64,000 nucleotides of DNA from Octopus vulgaris (Eukaryota), in contig OX597818.1 in assembly GCA_951406725.2 (NCBI GenBank), positions 114,638,001 to 114,702,000 of the forward strand, written 5' to 3'. Made by a program: the position numbers and the translations under genes. The notes under the pieces were generated by a model, which ran no database searches, was not told the DNA's origin, and was given only the letters and a program-made list of their open reading frames with translations. Below are positions 1 to 15,390 of this stretch, piece after piece; the first letter of the stretch is position 1, and every line of letters begins with the position of its first letter.

Positions 1-47
1 TGTGTATGTGCGTGCTTGCGTGCGTACACATATATGTATGTGCATGC

Positions 48-170
<123 letters not shown>

Positions 171-580
171 TGAATATATTTATAAGTATTAATAAATATA
201 TGTAAGAAGTCAGCGTGCTGGCACAATCGTTAGCACATCGGGCTAAAGGCTTAGCGGCGTTTTGTTCTTTTTATATTCCGTTTTCAAATTCATCCGAAGT
301 CGTCTTTGCCTTTCGTCCTTTCAGTTGTCGATAAAAAATTACTAGTTGAGTAATGGGCTCGATTCAATCCACGTAGGCCACCCCCGAACCTGCTGTCCTT
401 GTACCAAAACTGGACACCATTAAATACATATAATGACATACATTTACACATACACATATATATTCTTCTTTTACCTGTTTCAGTCATTTGAGTGCGGCCA
501 TGCTGGAGTACCACCTATCGGTATATATATATACACACACATGAGTATTGTAGTTCGCTTGAAGCATTGTGTATTGTTTG

Positions 581-747
581 TAAAGAATAAAAAGTTTTGA
601 ATGGTAAAGCAATGCACTATAATATAAAAAATGGACTATACACTTGTAATTTAGTTATCCATAGTCCGAACTAAATTGCAACAGGTATATAGTCCATATT
701 TCTTATTATAATTCATTGTTTTACCATTCATAACTTTTTATTCTTTA
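581..747. repeat. ~165-bp imperfect palindrome (foldback/MITE-like)
   Basis: TAAAGAATAAAAAGTTTTGAATGGTAAA...TGGACTATACACTTGTAATTTAGTT pairs with AACTAAATTGCAACAGGTATATAGTCCA...TTTACCATTCATAACTTTTTATTCTTTA. Confidence 0.75.
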
Positions 748-759
748 TATATATAGCTA

Positions 760-854
<95 letters not shown>

Positions 855-871
855 ATATATATATATATATA

Positions 872-924
<53 letters not shown>

Positions 925-1260
925 TAGTTGTATCAACGTCTAAAGACGTAACGTGAAGACCAGGTCAACTTTGCCATAAGTAATACATAAATATTTGTAT
1001 GTGTGTTTGTTTGTGTAAGTATTTCTGTACGCTTTTGGATTAATGTTTATATTTATGTGCGTGGGTGTAAACCCGTGAATTAATACTGATTTGTATTATG
1101 TCACTGAACTAGCAACGAAAAAAGTCCGTATAATGTGTCACACACACATACACACACTCATACAGACATAAACAGACACGCACACACACAAACACACACA
1201 CATATTCCTTTATATCGTTCAATTTGTGTGCATTCATATACCCATATCTATATCATACTA

Positions 1261-1298
<38 letters not shown>

Positions 1299-1303
1299 CA
1301 TAC

Positions 1304-1342
<39 letters not shown>

Positions 1343-1364
1343 CATATATATATACATACATACG

Positions 1365-1396
<32 letters not shown>

Positions 1397-1477
1397 CATA
1401 TATATATACATACATACGTATATATATATATATACATATATATATATGCATATATATATATATATATATATACATAC

Positions 1478-1528
<51 letters not shown>

Positions 1529-1560
1529 TGTTCATGAATAGAAAAGGTGAAGAAGAAGAG

Positions 1561-1690
<130 letters not shown>

Positions 1691-2829
1691 TGACGATGGA
1701 GACGACGACGATGAGAAGTGTGATCCCAGCAACGAAAAGTGTTAAAATTATAAGGTTGGCTCAAACGACTTCTCCTATATTCCTTTACATCTTTTGAATC
1801 TCTCAACACCTACAAAATGCACATATTTGAAAGTAGACAAACTTGAGTGTGTTGTTTAAATACATGTGGTATATCAGACAGTTGACGATCAAAGCTGATT
1901 CAGTGCGAGCGAATCGCTGTAGAACTGTTTTATGATGGACGTTATTCACTCGAGGAACGAATTCTGATAACAGGAAACGTCTGTATTTCTACCAATTTTA
2001 ATGCTGCATGTGAACGTACTTGTTTAAGTGAATAGTAATATTATTGACGTCAAAGCCCATTAGCAAATGGTTGGATAGATCCATCTATATACCTATTGGT
2101 AATCAGTTCTATAGAAGTGATCGGTAACTGGTGTCTCTGTAGTGACATGCAAATATTTTCAATAGTGTAACGCCATATTGGAATTCGTAATGACTATACA
2201 ATCTATACTACATGGAACACTGTCAGTTCTTTGTGGTCTTTAGTAAGCCACTTCAAAGGTTTATAATGGTCTAAATTCTATTTAATTTGTAATCTAAAAA
2301 AACGCGGTGGGAGTCAAGTATATATGGATCTCCGTCTATTTCGACGATGGGTATTAGTTGTTCGGTCAAGTGAATTACGTACTTACGGAAATAGTAATGG
2401 AACCACGTGGCATATACGTAATTTTTCAGACTATTTACTGTTAAATGTTACTTGCAAAAAACCCGCCCCTGATTTATGTAATATTTTTTGCAAGATATAA
2501 CACCCCAAAATATTCGATGTATTGTGACCGGAATGTCTCAGCAACATATTTTCACATGATTAACGTATAAGAGAAGTTGGTACAATTACCGCCATGCAAC
2601 CAGTTGGACGACTGTAGCAGCTGACTACCTTAAGTGTTCGTGAACAAGAGGAAAGCCTCACGAACTGATGATGAAAACTATTCTATAATTCGAGAAACTC
2701 ATACAGAATTCTTGAAATAACTCTTAGATAGACATACCATTGACATCACAATTGTCGGTTTCTTTGCTTGTTTATTTATTTTTTTGTGTTTGCTTTATTT
2801 TTAACCCAGATCAATTTTGAACAGACGTA

Positions 2830-3052
2830 ACTTTTCGAAGACAATACTAGCCCGAGACAACTGATTTTCAAAGACAATATTATCCCTTTTCAATTCATAT
2901 TCAAAGACAATGTTAACCCTTGACAACTGATTTTCAAGGGAAATGTTAGCCCTAAACAACTGACTTTCAAAGACAATGTTAACCCGAGTCAAATTTCAAA
3001 TAGGATGCTAGCCCTAGACAACTAACTTTCAAAGACAATGTTAACCCCAGAC
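2830..3052. repeat. 33-bp minisatellite, about 6-7 diverged copies
   Basis: Recurring TTTTCAAAGACAATGTTAACCC...GACAACTGA; the overlapping ORF 2801..2992 shows the matching 11-aa periodicity (NIVFE...). Confidence 0.85.
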
Positions 3053-3561
3053 ATCAGACATTAATGTTCCATTTCTTTTTAATGTAAAAGACTGCAAAAT
3101 GTGATTTCAGTGAAATGTTGCAGTTAATTGTAGCAGCTCTTACACCTTAGAAATAGCGGCGATATATTTTTTTCCCTTGATAGAATGATGGAAAACCAAG
3201 AAGGAAAACGGTTCCGATGTTTAAGTTTAAATAATGACATCAGATAAGTAATTCATAAACAAGTTTACCAATGGAAAACAGCAAAACAAACAAAACAGCC
3301 ACACCCTGCCTTTGTTAGTTGCATTGGGTCTCACGTCCAATTAAACCATATAACCTATAAACCTTAATATCGATACACACTTCTCAAAAGCGTAAAATAT
3401 GCAGACGCCAACATGCATACGTGAATGAGAACTTTGCTCAACAAACGTGGATTTAGGTTCGATCGATCGAATTATGCAGTATGGTGAGTAACTGTCGTTT
3501 ACGTAGCGCGAGGTAGATCAATGCGCTAGGAATAGCATTGGGAAGAGGAAACTTTGCCGAA

Positions 3562-3639
<78 letters not shown>

Positions 3640-3800
3640 GTTCCATTATACTCTTTATTATAAATTTTTTTGATAAGGTTCGTTATTTCAAGAACCGAAA
3701 CTTGTAAAATTAAAATTTATCTAATATAGTGGCATTTTCAAACTTCTGTTTTACAAATATATACCCACTCGTATACGATCTACTCTTATTATAAATATAT

Positions 3801-3858
<58 letters not shown>

Positions 3859-4202
3859 CTCAAAGGAATTCCAACTCTGATTTTTATGTTTTATTTATAT
3901 TCTTATAATATTAATGTAGGATATAGAATATAGAATATATAGTAAGAAAAAAATGAAATGAAGTATTGATTGTCTTATTGAACAAATGAAATATTGAAAA
4001 TTAAATATTAAATGTCTCTTTTCATTGAACTAGTATACTTTCTTGCATTTAAGCATTCATCAGGTTCAGATTGTACGGGAACGCTTCGACTGTCCCATAT
4101 ATATATATATATATATACGTGAGTGTGTGTGTGCGCGCGCGCGTGGTATTACATTCAACAGACTTTTTGAGTAAAGCCGGAACAATACAAAAGTCAAACA
4201 TA

Positions 4203-4271
<69 letters not shown>

Positions 4272-4378
4272 AATTATTGTGTATAGTGTATAGGTGCACT
4301 ACAAGTTATCGAAGTTGGATGTACAGTACATAGAATTATGTACAAATGTCGGGAAAGTGAACAGTGTAAGAGCCATGA

Positions 4379-4470
<92 letters not shown>

Positions 4471-4471
4471 C

Positions 4472-5011
<540 letters not shown>

Positions 5012-5018
5012 ATATAAA

Positions 5019-5063
<45 letters not shown>

Positions 5064-5069
5064 GATAGT

Positions 5070-5556
<487 letters not shown>

Positions 5557-5735
5557 CAAGAAATCCCGGATAAACCCCCTGCACCTGGATATGTCTCTGT
5601 AAACAATAACTCTCTACTTGAGTGGGCCATAGTGCCCAAATTCTGACTTGAAAGACTTCACCAGGTGGTGCTATTAAGTTAGACATGGCCTGGGCCAATA
5701 ATGGCCGAAACCTATCAAAGTATCAAAGTATCAAA

Positions 5736-5794
<59 letters not shown>

Positions 5795-6928
5795 TATCAT
5801 TTAGAGATAGAAGTCCCCATGCAATTCATCAAATCCTAATATAGATCACACCATATCATAGAATTTTATTTTAATACTTATTATTTCAGTTCTAAATTTC
5901 TCTTCTACACGTGTTTCATGAGGTGCGTTTAACTCTCAGTCGTTTTCAGAAACAGGTCTTGTTGCCTTGTTTGTTAGTTACATTCGTTGTAGTGTCAGAC
6001 GAAAGGTCGCAAAGCATTTGCTCGACATGCTACGGAGGTTGCCAGCTCACCACTCTAGACATGTAGTCATATTAAAAGAATAAAACCAAACTAGAAGCTG
6101 ATAAAAGTCTGTTATGATGTAATGAGACAACGCAAGAATATAAACAGTTGCAATCAAATTAAGACAATGTCGACAATAAAAGACAGATGAAGACATAACA
6201 CTAAGAAAGATGAAAGCAATGAAGTCAGTAATAGGCATAAATAAAGATATAAACGGATGAAAACAATAAGGCAGCTTAAGACACTGAAGGCATTGAAAAG
6301 AGAGATCTACATATAACGACAGATAATGACAGATGAAGTCGTTATAAACGTTAACAGATAAACAATGTCCGATTAAGAGAATCGAATATTAAAACAAAAA
6401 TAAAGACACAGAAAGGTATTCTAAGAAAACAACGGCAATGAAGATAATAACAGGCAGTCAAAGACAGCTTAAGATAGATTAAGACAATGGAGAGAAATAA
6501 TGGTAGTACAATGAAAACACTAATTGTCGAAATGGGGAAGAATTTCAATTAAAGTTATGGTTTTCTGAAAACTAGTTGAAATAGATAGGGAAATATTGAA
6601 TCTATCAAATTAGGTCCCTACTTTGCTTTAGTTTAGATTTATTCTCCTTAGATATTTGAAGAATAATGTGGATTACTAACCAATCGTTTGATGGATCATA
6701 CAGGAAATGAAAACTACTATTACAGCGAAAATTTATTCCACCTTTCTCATGGTATTTAAACTATATTTATTGTATCTTATTGGCGAAGAAAGCTATTTAA
6801 TTCGAATTTATCTAAATAAAAGAGTATGTTACGTTTACAATCGGAACTATTGCATTCAGAAGCAAATACTGCTAAAATGGCATGCAACATTTAATGATAC
6901 ATACATAGATACATAGATACACACACAC

Positions 6929-6962
<34 letters not shown>

Positions 6963-7199
6963 ATTTATATATATATATATATGTATGTATATATATAAAC
7001 CGTTGCCTTGATGAAATGCAGCAACCTGTTCAAAGGCCAATTTAAGTCGCATATTGGAAGGAAAACAAGAGGAAAGTAAGGAGATTTTGGTAAATGTTTG
7101 AGGAATTAATATGACGAAGCGATAACAGCCTAAATTCACCATAAAGAAACTACATGGGACTGGTTCAGTCTTGAGTGATTGATATAATGGAAAACACAA

Positions 7200-7445
7200 A
7201 ACATCCTGCTCGTGAAATTAACGTGCAAGTCACTGAGCACTCCACAATTGTAGTTTCCAGAAGACTCAGAGTGATACAAAACGTAAGAGAGTCGGCTCTT
7301 TGAAATACAGGTACTACTCATTTTTGCAAGCCGAGTGGCCTGGAGCAAGGCGAAATAAAGTGTCTTGCTCAAGAGACAAAACGTGCCAAGCATCGAACTC
7401 ACGACCTTCCGATCATGAACCGAATACTCTAACCACTATGCGAAT
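7200..7445 (-). mobile_element. decayed SINE (family B/D-like composite)
   Basis: Shares CCTGCTCGTGAAATTAACGTG with family B and the TGGAGCAA...GAAATAAAGTGTCTTGCT segment with family D. Confidence 0.6.
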
Positions 7446-7461
7446 GCGATGTGAAATTAAT

Positions 7462-7672
7462 GCAGCGAGCTGGCTGAATCGTTAGAACGCAGGGCGAAAT
7501 GCTTAGCGGTATTTCGTCTGCCGTTACGTTCTGAGTTCAAATTCCACCGAGGTCGACTTTGCCTTTCATCCTTTCGGGGTCGATAAATAAAGTACCAGTT
7601 GCGAACTGGGTTCGATCTAATCGACTGCGCCTCTCTCCCCAAATCTCTGGCCTTGTCCCTAGAGTAGAAAAG
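7462..7672 (+). mobile_element. SINE family C (Meta-domain-like central region)
   Basis: tRNA-like head GCGAGCTGGCTGAATCGTTAG...GAGTTCAAATTCC followed by GGTCGACTTTGCCTTTCATCCTTTCGGGGTCGATAAATAAAGTACCAG, which resembles the MetaSINE conserved domain. Confidence 0.8.
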
Positions 7673-7795
7673 AATAGCTTAAACTGTGCTCTAAATGGAA
7701 GTGGTCAAATCCTATTTTATGGACTCAACCATGTTCTAAAATAAGTCGAAAGGTAAGCTACTATAAATCGGCACGAACTTTCTTGACAACCCAAT
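7670..7795 (-). mobile_element. left-end fragment of the mariner element at 9077-9635
   Basis: Reverse complement of ~9077-9205, including the TIR ATCGGCACGAACTTTCTTGACAACCCAATA. Confidence 0.8.
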
Positions 7796-9076
7796 ATTTG
7801 TTCAAACTGCCATTGCATTGTTTGAAGCGACCACAATATTTCAGTGCAGCCATTGAGTGTTTACTTTCAGCGAGAAAAAAACGAGAAAAAAAACTCTGTT
7901 CTATTTGCTTTTAGAAGTAGCGAGATGGTTTGTTCCTGAGTCGTAATGTCGTGAAATCTTTCTGGCAATCCAAGTATACAATGCAAAAATGTTCTTCCGT
8001 TACATTGTTGAGTTAATTTCACTTTTTCACTTTTATAGTTTCTCTTCGCTGATATGATTTTCGAGCGTCATAAAAAGCCTGAGGAAATATTGGAGTATTT
8101 TTTTCCCTAATATGCTCCATGAAAATTAAGAACCTGCAAAATTATAAACATACGTTCATCATGTAGAAGAATTCAGTATTAGAAAGAATTGATATAACTA
8201 ATCAGTGGGATGGGAAGTGTAAGGGAATAAAAAAAGCAAAAAAATAAGCAAAAACAAAACAAAACACAAACTGTTTTTTATTTTTTTCGCAGGCATTAAT
8301 ATTATATTTAAATGCAAAGAAATTGGACAGTGTAAAGAGAATGCTTCTTTCAAAAGAAAATAACAGGAAAAAAGAGGGCAAATTGTTGCAATATTATTAA
8401 AGATTACACTTCTAACTAAAGAGAAAGCCATCACCAGCTTCGAAGTGTGGGCGATAAACTGTTAATAAACCGATTCATTGGTAGAATCTAGTAACTCTTG
8501 TACAAACCTTCAGTAATATAAATCTTTAATGAAAAAGTTAGTAGGATCATTAGCCATGGACGTATAAGTCACAGTTCAGGCTACTGCAAGCATCGATACT
8601 TTTTAATCTCTGGACTTCGTCTTTGCTGGGTGACTGTTGCTATTATTTTCCTGCTTATTATAAAAAATCTGTTCATTTTGTTTAGCAAGGTACTTATTTT
8701 ATCGATCACAATCAGGCGGCTAAGTTATCTTTTCTCGTAGAGAGATGCAAATCAATGCATTGTCTACATCAATCACATAAACATGAAAATATAGATAAAT
8801 CATACCGAACGTACATAAATACACAGGTATGCATGCATATATCAATGTGTGAAGCCGTGAATATGTGTGCACGCACACAGACACGCACACACCTGCACAC
8901 GCTCGAACACACACGCACACACACACACTTTAACTTTCCGCACAGTTCCTTTCTTTAAAGTATAGATCAACAAAGAAGCTCCAGTCAGAGAAACTTACCC
9001 AAGAGTAATTTAACCTAGAATATACTGCTATTGTACAGGTACATTAGACAATTTCTGGTAGTGAACTATAGGTAAA

Positions 9077-9635
9077 TATTGGGTTGTCTGGAAAGTTCAT
9101 GCCGATTTATAGTGGCTTACCTTTTGACGTATTTTAGAACATGGTTGAGTCCATAAAATAGGACTTGACTACCCCTGCATTTAGAGCACAGTTTAAGTTA
9201 TCTTTTCGTGGAAGAAGGTTTATGTTCTTTTAACCTGTGTTAATTCTGTAGCCCTTTAAATTAGAAGATAAGAAAGTTCATTTTCGGCACTTGATGCTTT
9301 GGGAGCCAGACAAAAATTGCTGCAGCTCGGCTGGGATGTGTTACCCGACCCTCCATATTCACCAGAAGTTGTTCCTTCGGATTTCCACTTATTCAGGTCT
9401 CTGCAGAATAGTCTTAATGGTAAGACTTTCAATTCCTTGGAAGACGTAAAAAGATACCTTGGTGAATTCTTTGCCTCAATTCTGGGAAGAGGGTATTTTT
9501 AAGTTAAAGGAAAGATGGAGACGCATTGTGCAACAAAATAGTTCATATGTGGTTGATTAGAAATGTAAGGGCAAGTATATATTGACCTTTTTCTTTCATT
9601 TAAAAACCGGCACGAACTTTCCGGACAACCCAATA
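9077..9635 (+). mobile_element. internally deleted mariner (Tc1/mariner) element
   Basis: TIRs TATTGGGTTGTCTGGAAAGTTCATGCCG / CGGCACGAACTTTCCGGACAACCCAATA with TA ends; encodes LGWDVLPDPPYSPEVVPSDFHLFRSLQN (YSPDLAP-D mariner motif). Confidence 0.92.
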
Positions 9636-10821
9636 GTATTAATTCGAGTGTGAATCGAAAGTGATCTAAACGTGAAATGCTGAAGCGCTGTGATTTAAAG
9701 CTCGTCACATGACAGCAAATGATGAAGGTGATTATACTGCGACACAATGTAATTGGTTATTTCACAATTTATGGGATCAGATGATGAATGTGAGAGAAAA
9801 AAAGCGTTACTTTTTAGAATATACTTTTATGTAAAACGAACACACGCATGTGCACATACAAGAGACACAATTACTTTGATACACTCAACAGCTAATGAAG
9901 ATTCTATTTAATTACATTTTATTTCTAAAATCATTAGAAAACGCCGAATAATATAGTCGTAGGTAACTAGTTACATTAAATCGTGGAGTTAAGTAAATAT
10001 GGTCTCACTTGATATACAGAGTGTACATAAAGTCCCTTTACAATATTGAGATAAAAATTTTGAAGTTGTAAAGATGATTTATGGACACACTGCATACCGC
10101 GCCATAGATCTGAAGCGACCAGTAGATATATCCCAGCAGCAACAACAACAGCAACAGCAAATGAATAACTTTTGCCTGTTTATCAGACCTGCTAGATATA
10201 AGAATCAAATGCTCCTTAAATTACACATGGCTTATATTTTTTTTAAAAGAAAGAGACAAATTCAGAAAGCCAGAGTAAATGGTGATTCACATACTTCAGT
10301 GCTTTTGATCCTATCTGCACTCGATCAGAGGTGACCTGGGGGTTAATATACAAATAAGAAAGCAAAGAAGTTACACGTACACGCAACATACAGGCTGATG
10401 TTTATGTAACATACTGAATTGAATATCAGAAACGCAAACAAATTGTTAGTCGAAGAGAGTTCACAAAGTTAGTTTGTAATTAACGTTATATAATAATCAT
10501 AAATATATATAAACAGATACATTGGCAAATAAAGGTTATGATATCGATCTATAAAAATGTCCATATTTAAAAGATTTATAAGGCATGTTCAGAAATATTT
10601 CTGAAGGAGAATAAAGAGATAAGTAGAAGAGATGATGTCTAAAATACCCAGCTTGTACACACAAACCAAGCTAGGAATCGTAGACTTCCCTTTTGGAATA
10701 CTCCTTTATTTCTGTTTATCCAGTTTGCCAACAATTCATTTAAAAGATCAGTTTAGAAACTGTTAGAGGCATAGTGGTACAAGGGAAATTTATTTCACTC
10801 AGCTGTTGCCGTGTGAAAAGA

Positions 10822-10878
<57 letters not shown>

Positions 10879-11986
10879 ATGCAAAGAATTGACAAATCTA
10901 TAACAAAAACTGTAATAAAATGAGAAAAGAATCAATTAAAATAAAAACGAACGAAAATAGATTGTGAATACAAAGAATATATTGATTTCGAAAGAAATAG
11001 TTGAATTGTAATATACATTTTTTTACAGTTTTTATTTTTTTACTGTTTGCTTCTAACTCAGAATATAAATAAATGATGCAAGTAAATAAAGAAATAATAC
11101 TTAAAAGAGGGTTAGTAAACAAGTTGAGTCTGAGTCTGTTCTAGAAAAAAAAAAAAAACATTACTAGCGTGGCCTGAGAAAAAGAAGGCTGAGGGCAGTG
11201 TCTCATATTTATTCATTGCTAAATCTATAGCAGACAGCTGTTTCTTCTCATTGTTAGCATTTCTTTGATCTTTAAAAGCAACTTATGAACTTATTTCATA
11301 AAAATACGTAATACACAGATCTGCTTATTCGTAAGCTCATATAAATATGTATATAGGAATGTGTGTGTCTGTATATATATATATGTGTGTGTTTGTGTGT
11401 GTGTGTGTGTGTGTGCGTGTGTGTGTGTGTGTGCGTGTGTGTGTGTAGGTAGGTATATGAAATACCTAACAAAACGAAGGGTGGGCTATTACTGAAGGTA
11501 ATGTCCCAATACGGGTGAAAGCAGTAAAAATCAGTATGAGTGTTTTTATATACGTGCATGTGTGTATGAGTGTGTGTGTGCGTGTGTGTGTACCTAAGTA
11601 TGCGTGCATGTATATATGTTTGTGTTTGTGTGTGCGTGTGTGCGTATACATGTATATATCTATATGTGTGTATGTATAGATGCGTTGTATTACGAACAAG
11701 AATATTTTCAATTTGAAACTTTCAAAATTTTTTCTCCCCACAAATTTTCTCTGAGTAGTTTTGCAGTTAGAGCGGAATAGTAAAGTTCCAAACACACATC
11801 GCACAATATCAAAATAAGGAATAATTCTTAAGAATAATAACCACAAAATATAGGCAACTAATGATAGAACTTATAGCTCAATATAATGCTAAAATATAGA
11901 CATGGCACCTTGGACAAATGTCTTCTACTATAACCGACCAAAACCTTGTGAGTGGATTGGTAGGCGGAAACTGAAAGAAGCCCGTT

Positions 11987-12052
<66 letters not shown>

Positions 12053-13363
12053 TAGCTGGTGTATCCGGTAATTCCCTGGGGTAAACAGGATCTATTTAAA
12101 CGCCTTATTACTCTTACATAAGAAAGCAATTTTCATCCGGCGAATGGGTCATTTGAGAACTGCTAAAAATATGGATACACTCTGCTTGTATAAGAATGAA
12201 AGTAAGTTTTGTTGCTGCATCAATGTGTGTATATGTGAGTGAGTGTGAAAATATGAACTACTATAGTGTAATGTCCCTTTGATGTAGTATTATATCGTTT
12301 TCTACTGGGGTTTGTATTTTGTAACAAATCTTTTATATATCCAAGAACCCAGTTGAGTTAGAAACACACAGTTCGTCCAGATTAATGTATTATTGGTTAC
12401 AAAAGCAATAAGTTATTTTTACTGTAAATACTGAGTATATACTCGCTACATATACATACATACATACATGTGTGTGTGCGCGCGCATAATGTCACAAGTG
12501 CACTTGAATAACCACTTTCCAAAAACCAAATTTTAAAATAAACTCGCTTTTCAAAAATTATCCTACAGTAGATTAACACTGCTTAAATACAAGTTTCAGA
12601 CTCCTTTCTTTTATTAAACAGCGTTCAGCCGTTCCTAATTTGCTACCGTTAAATTATCCTCAGCTAAAATAAAGTTGCTTTCTAATTAAAAATTCCACTG
12701 AACAAATTATTCTCAGTAACAACTCATAGGCTAAGAGGTTTATATCATTGACACAGTCATATATAAGTCATTGTTCATTTTACAGAAAGCACGTTTAATT
12801 TTCATCTCTTTATATACTTATCGAAGTATAAGACTTATTCAAATGGAAATTTAGAGGCATTACTCGGACGAATATATAATTATTTATATTTATGTAGATT
12901 ATTTCCAACACATATTTCATATAATCTATTATTATTTTATTCTCTTACTTGTTACAGTCATTTCACTGCGACCATGCTGGAGCACCGCCTTGACGAATTT
13001 TAGTGGAATAAATCGACCCCAATAATGATCTTTTAAAAACCTCGTACATATTCTATCGGTCTTTTTACCAAACCACTAAGTTAAAGGGACATAAACACAC
13101 CAACACCAGTTGTCAAACGGTAATGGGCGACAAACACATACAGAAAGGCACACACACAAATATATATATATATATATATATACAGTCAAGGAATTATAGT
13201 CCCTTAAGGGATGCAAGCATCCTAGTTCTCCAGTTTATTCGAGTGTTCAGTGAAAAGTAAGTATATTGTAACAACAGTTCTAAGGAACGCTTGCATTCAA
13301 GAAAACACCCAAATCTGAGTTTATCGTAGGTTAATCTACACGTCGAAATGTAACTTCCTTTCG

Positions 13364-13482
13364 GAAATTCTCCCTGAAGAAATACCCAGTTGACTGACTT
13401 CAAATGTGGGAATTTGAATTAAAGTATTTTATTTCTGTGTTTGAACTGACTGGGTGTAGAAACAGCTGTAGGCAGGAATTTC
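13364..13482 (+). ncRNA. type I hammerhead ribozyme motif (Penelope pLTR-like)
   Basis: GAAATTCTCC-CTGAAGA-A-ATACCCAGTT...GACTGGGTGT-A-GAAAC-AGCT-GTA-GGCAGGAATTTC: intact core, 10-bp stem II, palindromic stem III, bulged stem I. Confidence 0.7.
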
Positions 13483-13566
13483 TCGACATTAATTTGAATA
13501 TCTTTGAATAAATAACGTCTGTACGTTAATTTTTCTATTTTCTTATGTATATATATATATATATAT

Positions 13567-13930
13567 ATGGTTCCGGGTTCAGTCCCACTGCGTGGCATCT
13601 TGGGCAAGTGTCTTCTTCTATAGCCCCGGGCCGACCAATGCCTTGTGAGTGGATTTGGTAGACGGAAACTGAAAGAAGCCTGTCGTATATATGTATATGT
13701 GTGTGTTTGTGTGTCTGTGTTTGTCCCCCTAGCATTGCTTGACAACCGATGCTGGTGTGTTTACGTCCCCGTCACTTAGCGGTTCGGCAAAAAGAGACCG
13801 ATAGAATAAGTACTGGGCTTACAAAGAATAAGTCCCGGGGTCGATTTGCTCGACTAAAGGCGGTGCTCCAGCATGGCCGCAGTCAAATGACTGAAACAAG
13901 TAAAAGAAAAAGAAAAAAAAAGAAAGAATA
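13567..13930 (+). mobile_element. SINE family A, 5'-truncated
   Basis: Nearly identical to 4640-4995. Confidence 0.88.
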
Positions 13931-14815
13931 ACAGTTTGTCAACATTGAAACTTTTAAAGATGTTTTTGTAATTCATAATTTTAAACTTTTACCATTGATA
14001 AGCAAAGATGTTTTTTTATAAAGTTGGAATATATGTAAATAAATGTATTTTAAATATTTACGAGTTTTGGTATTTAGGTGCATTTTCAACAACACATTTT
14101 CCTATATATATACATTTATATAGGACGTGCTTCTTTCCATTTCCGTCTACCAAATCCACTCACAAGGCTTTGGTCGTGGCGAGGCAATAGGAGAAGACAC
14201 TCGCCCGAGAAGCCACGAAATGGGACTGAACCTGAACCCTGTGGTTGGGAAGCTAACCTCTTACCAAACAGCCATCTTTCTTACTAATAACAGATTTTAA
14301 AATTTGCTGGAATCGGCAAAATCACATTTCCCTTAATCACTCCGCTCAATATGATCGTGCTATATTTGTATCTTTATAATTTCCCATGAATAAATATCAA
14401 TGACCGTTTTTTTAAAAAACACTCCTTTAGTTCCGTATATCAGACACTCCTTTTATCTCCATATATTATATAATAGACATATCTAATTTAAATCCAATTT
14501 TTAACATCACATGCGTCTTCAAATTTTACAGGCTGCTGCCGTTTCTATTTTACAAATCTTATAATATTCATGTTCGAAACGAAAATTATTTTCTAATTTA
14601 ATAATACTTCTGCTCGATATAAAACACCTGTTCTCAAGAACAACGTGTAATTACACATAGGTATGTATATAAATTACCGAATTCATAAGAAACAGACCTT
14701 AAAATACAGTCAGGTAAGACAGTGCGATTATAAAATAAGCGCTGTTTACTATAAATTCTTTGTATATTTTACCAAAAGAGAGGTTTATTCTGGGAGAAAC
14801 ATCGAGATACAAGTC

Positions 14816-14859
<44 letters not shown>

Positions 14860-15104
14860 TTCAAAATTATTTCCAATATATTTTTATGCATACATACCTT
14901 TACCATATATTTTTCTCCAAAAAAGCTTTGTAATGAATATTAAGATATGGACATTTCTATAGTATATGTTTATGTATTTGTACGAAAAGCTCCTCACCAT
15001 TTTCCAATGCAGGAAGTATTTTAAACTCTTGTTTAGCATAATCTTTACGCTCCGCTTTATTTTATCTTTTTATATGAGAAATAATCTGAATGATAATAAC
15101 CTTA

Positions 15105-15390
15105 TCTACTCTAGGCACAAAGCCCGAAATTTTTGGGGAGGGAGCCTGTCGATTAGATCAACCCCAGTACGCGACTGATACTTAATTTATCCAACCCGAA
15201 AGGATGAAAGGGCTTAGTCAACCTCAGCGGAATTTGAACTCAGATCGGAAAGACAGACGAAATACCTATTTCTTTACTACCCACAAGGGGCTAAACACAG
15301 AGAGGACAAACAAGGATAGATAAACGGATTAAGCCGATTATATCGACCCCGTGGGTAACTGGTACTTATTTAATCGACTCCGAAAGGATG
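15105..15390 (-). mobile_element. SINE family C, dimeric form
   Basis: Two Meta-like cores joined at AGACGAAATAC|CTATTTCTTTACTACCCACAAGGGG. Confidence 0.8.

Noticed and set aside
12050-12090. ACTAGC...hairpin resembling a Helitron/Helentron end (also AAGTTTCATCAAAATC at ~31250)
   Set aside because: Only short, isolated motifs with no matching second end, so not callable.
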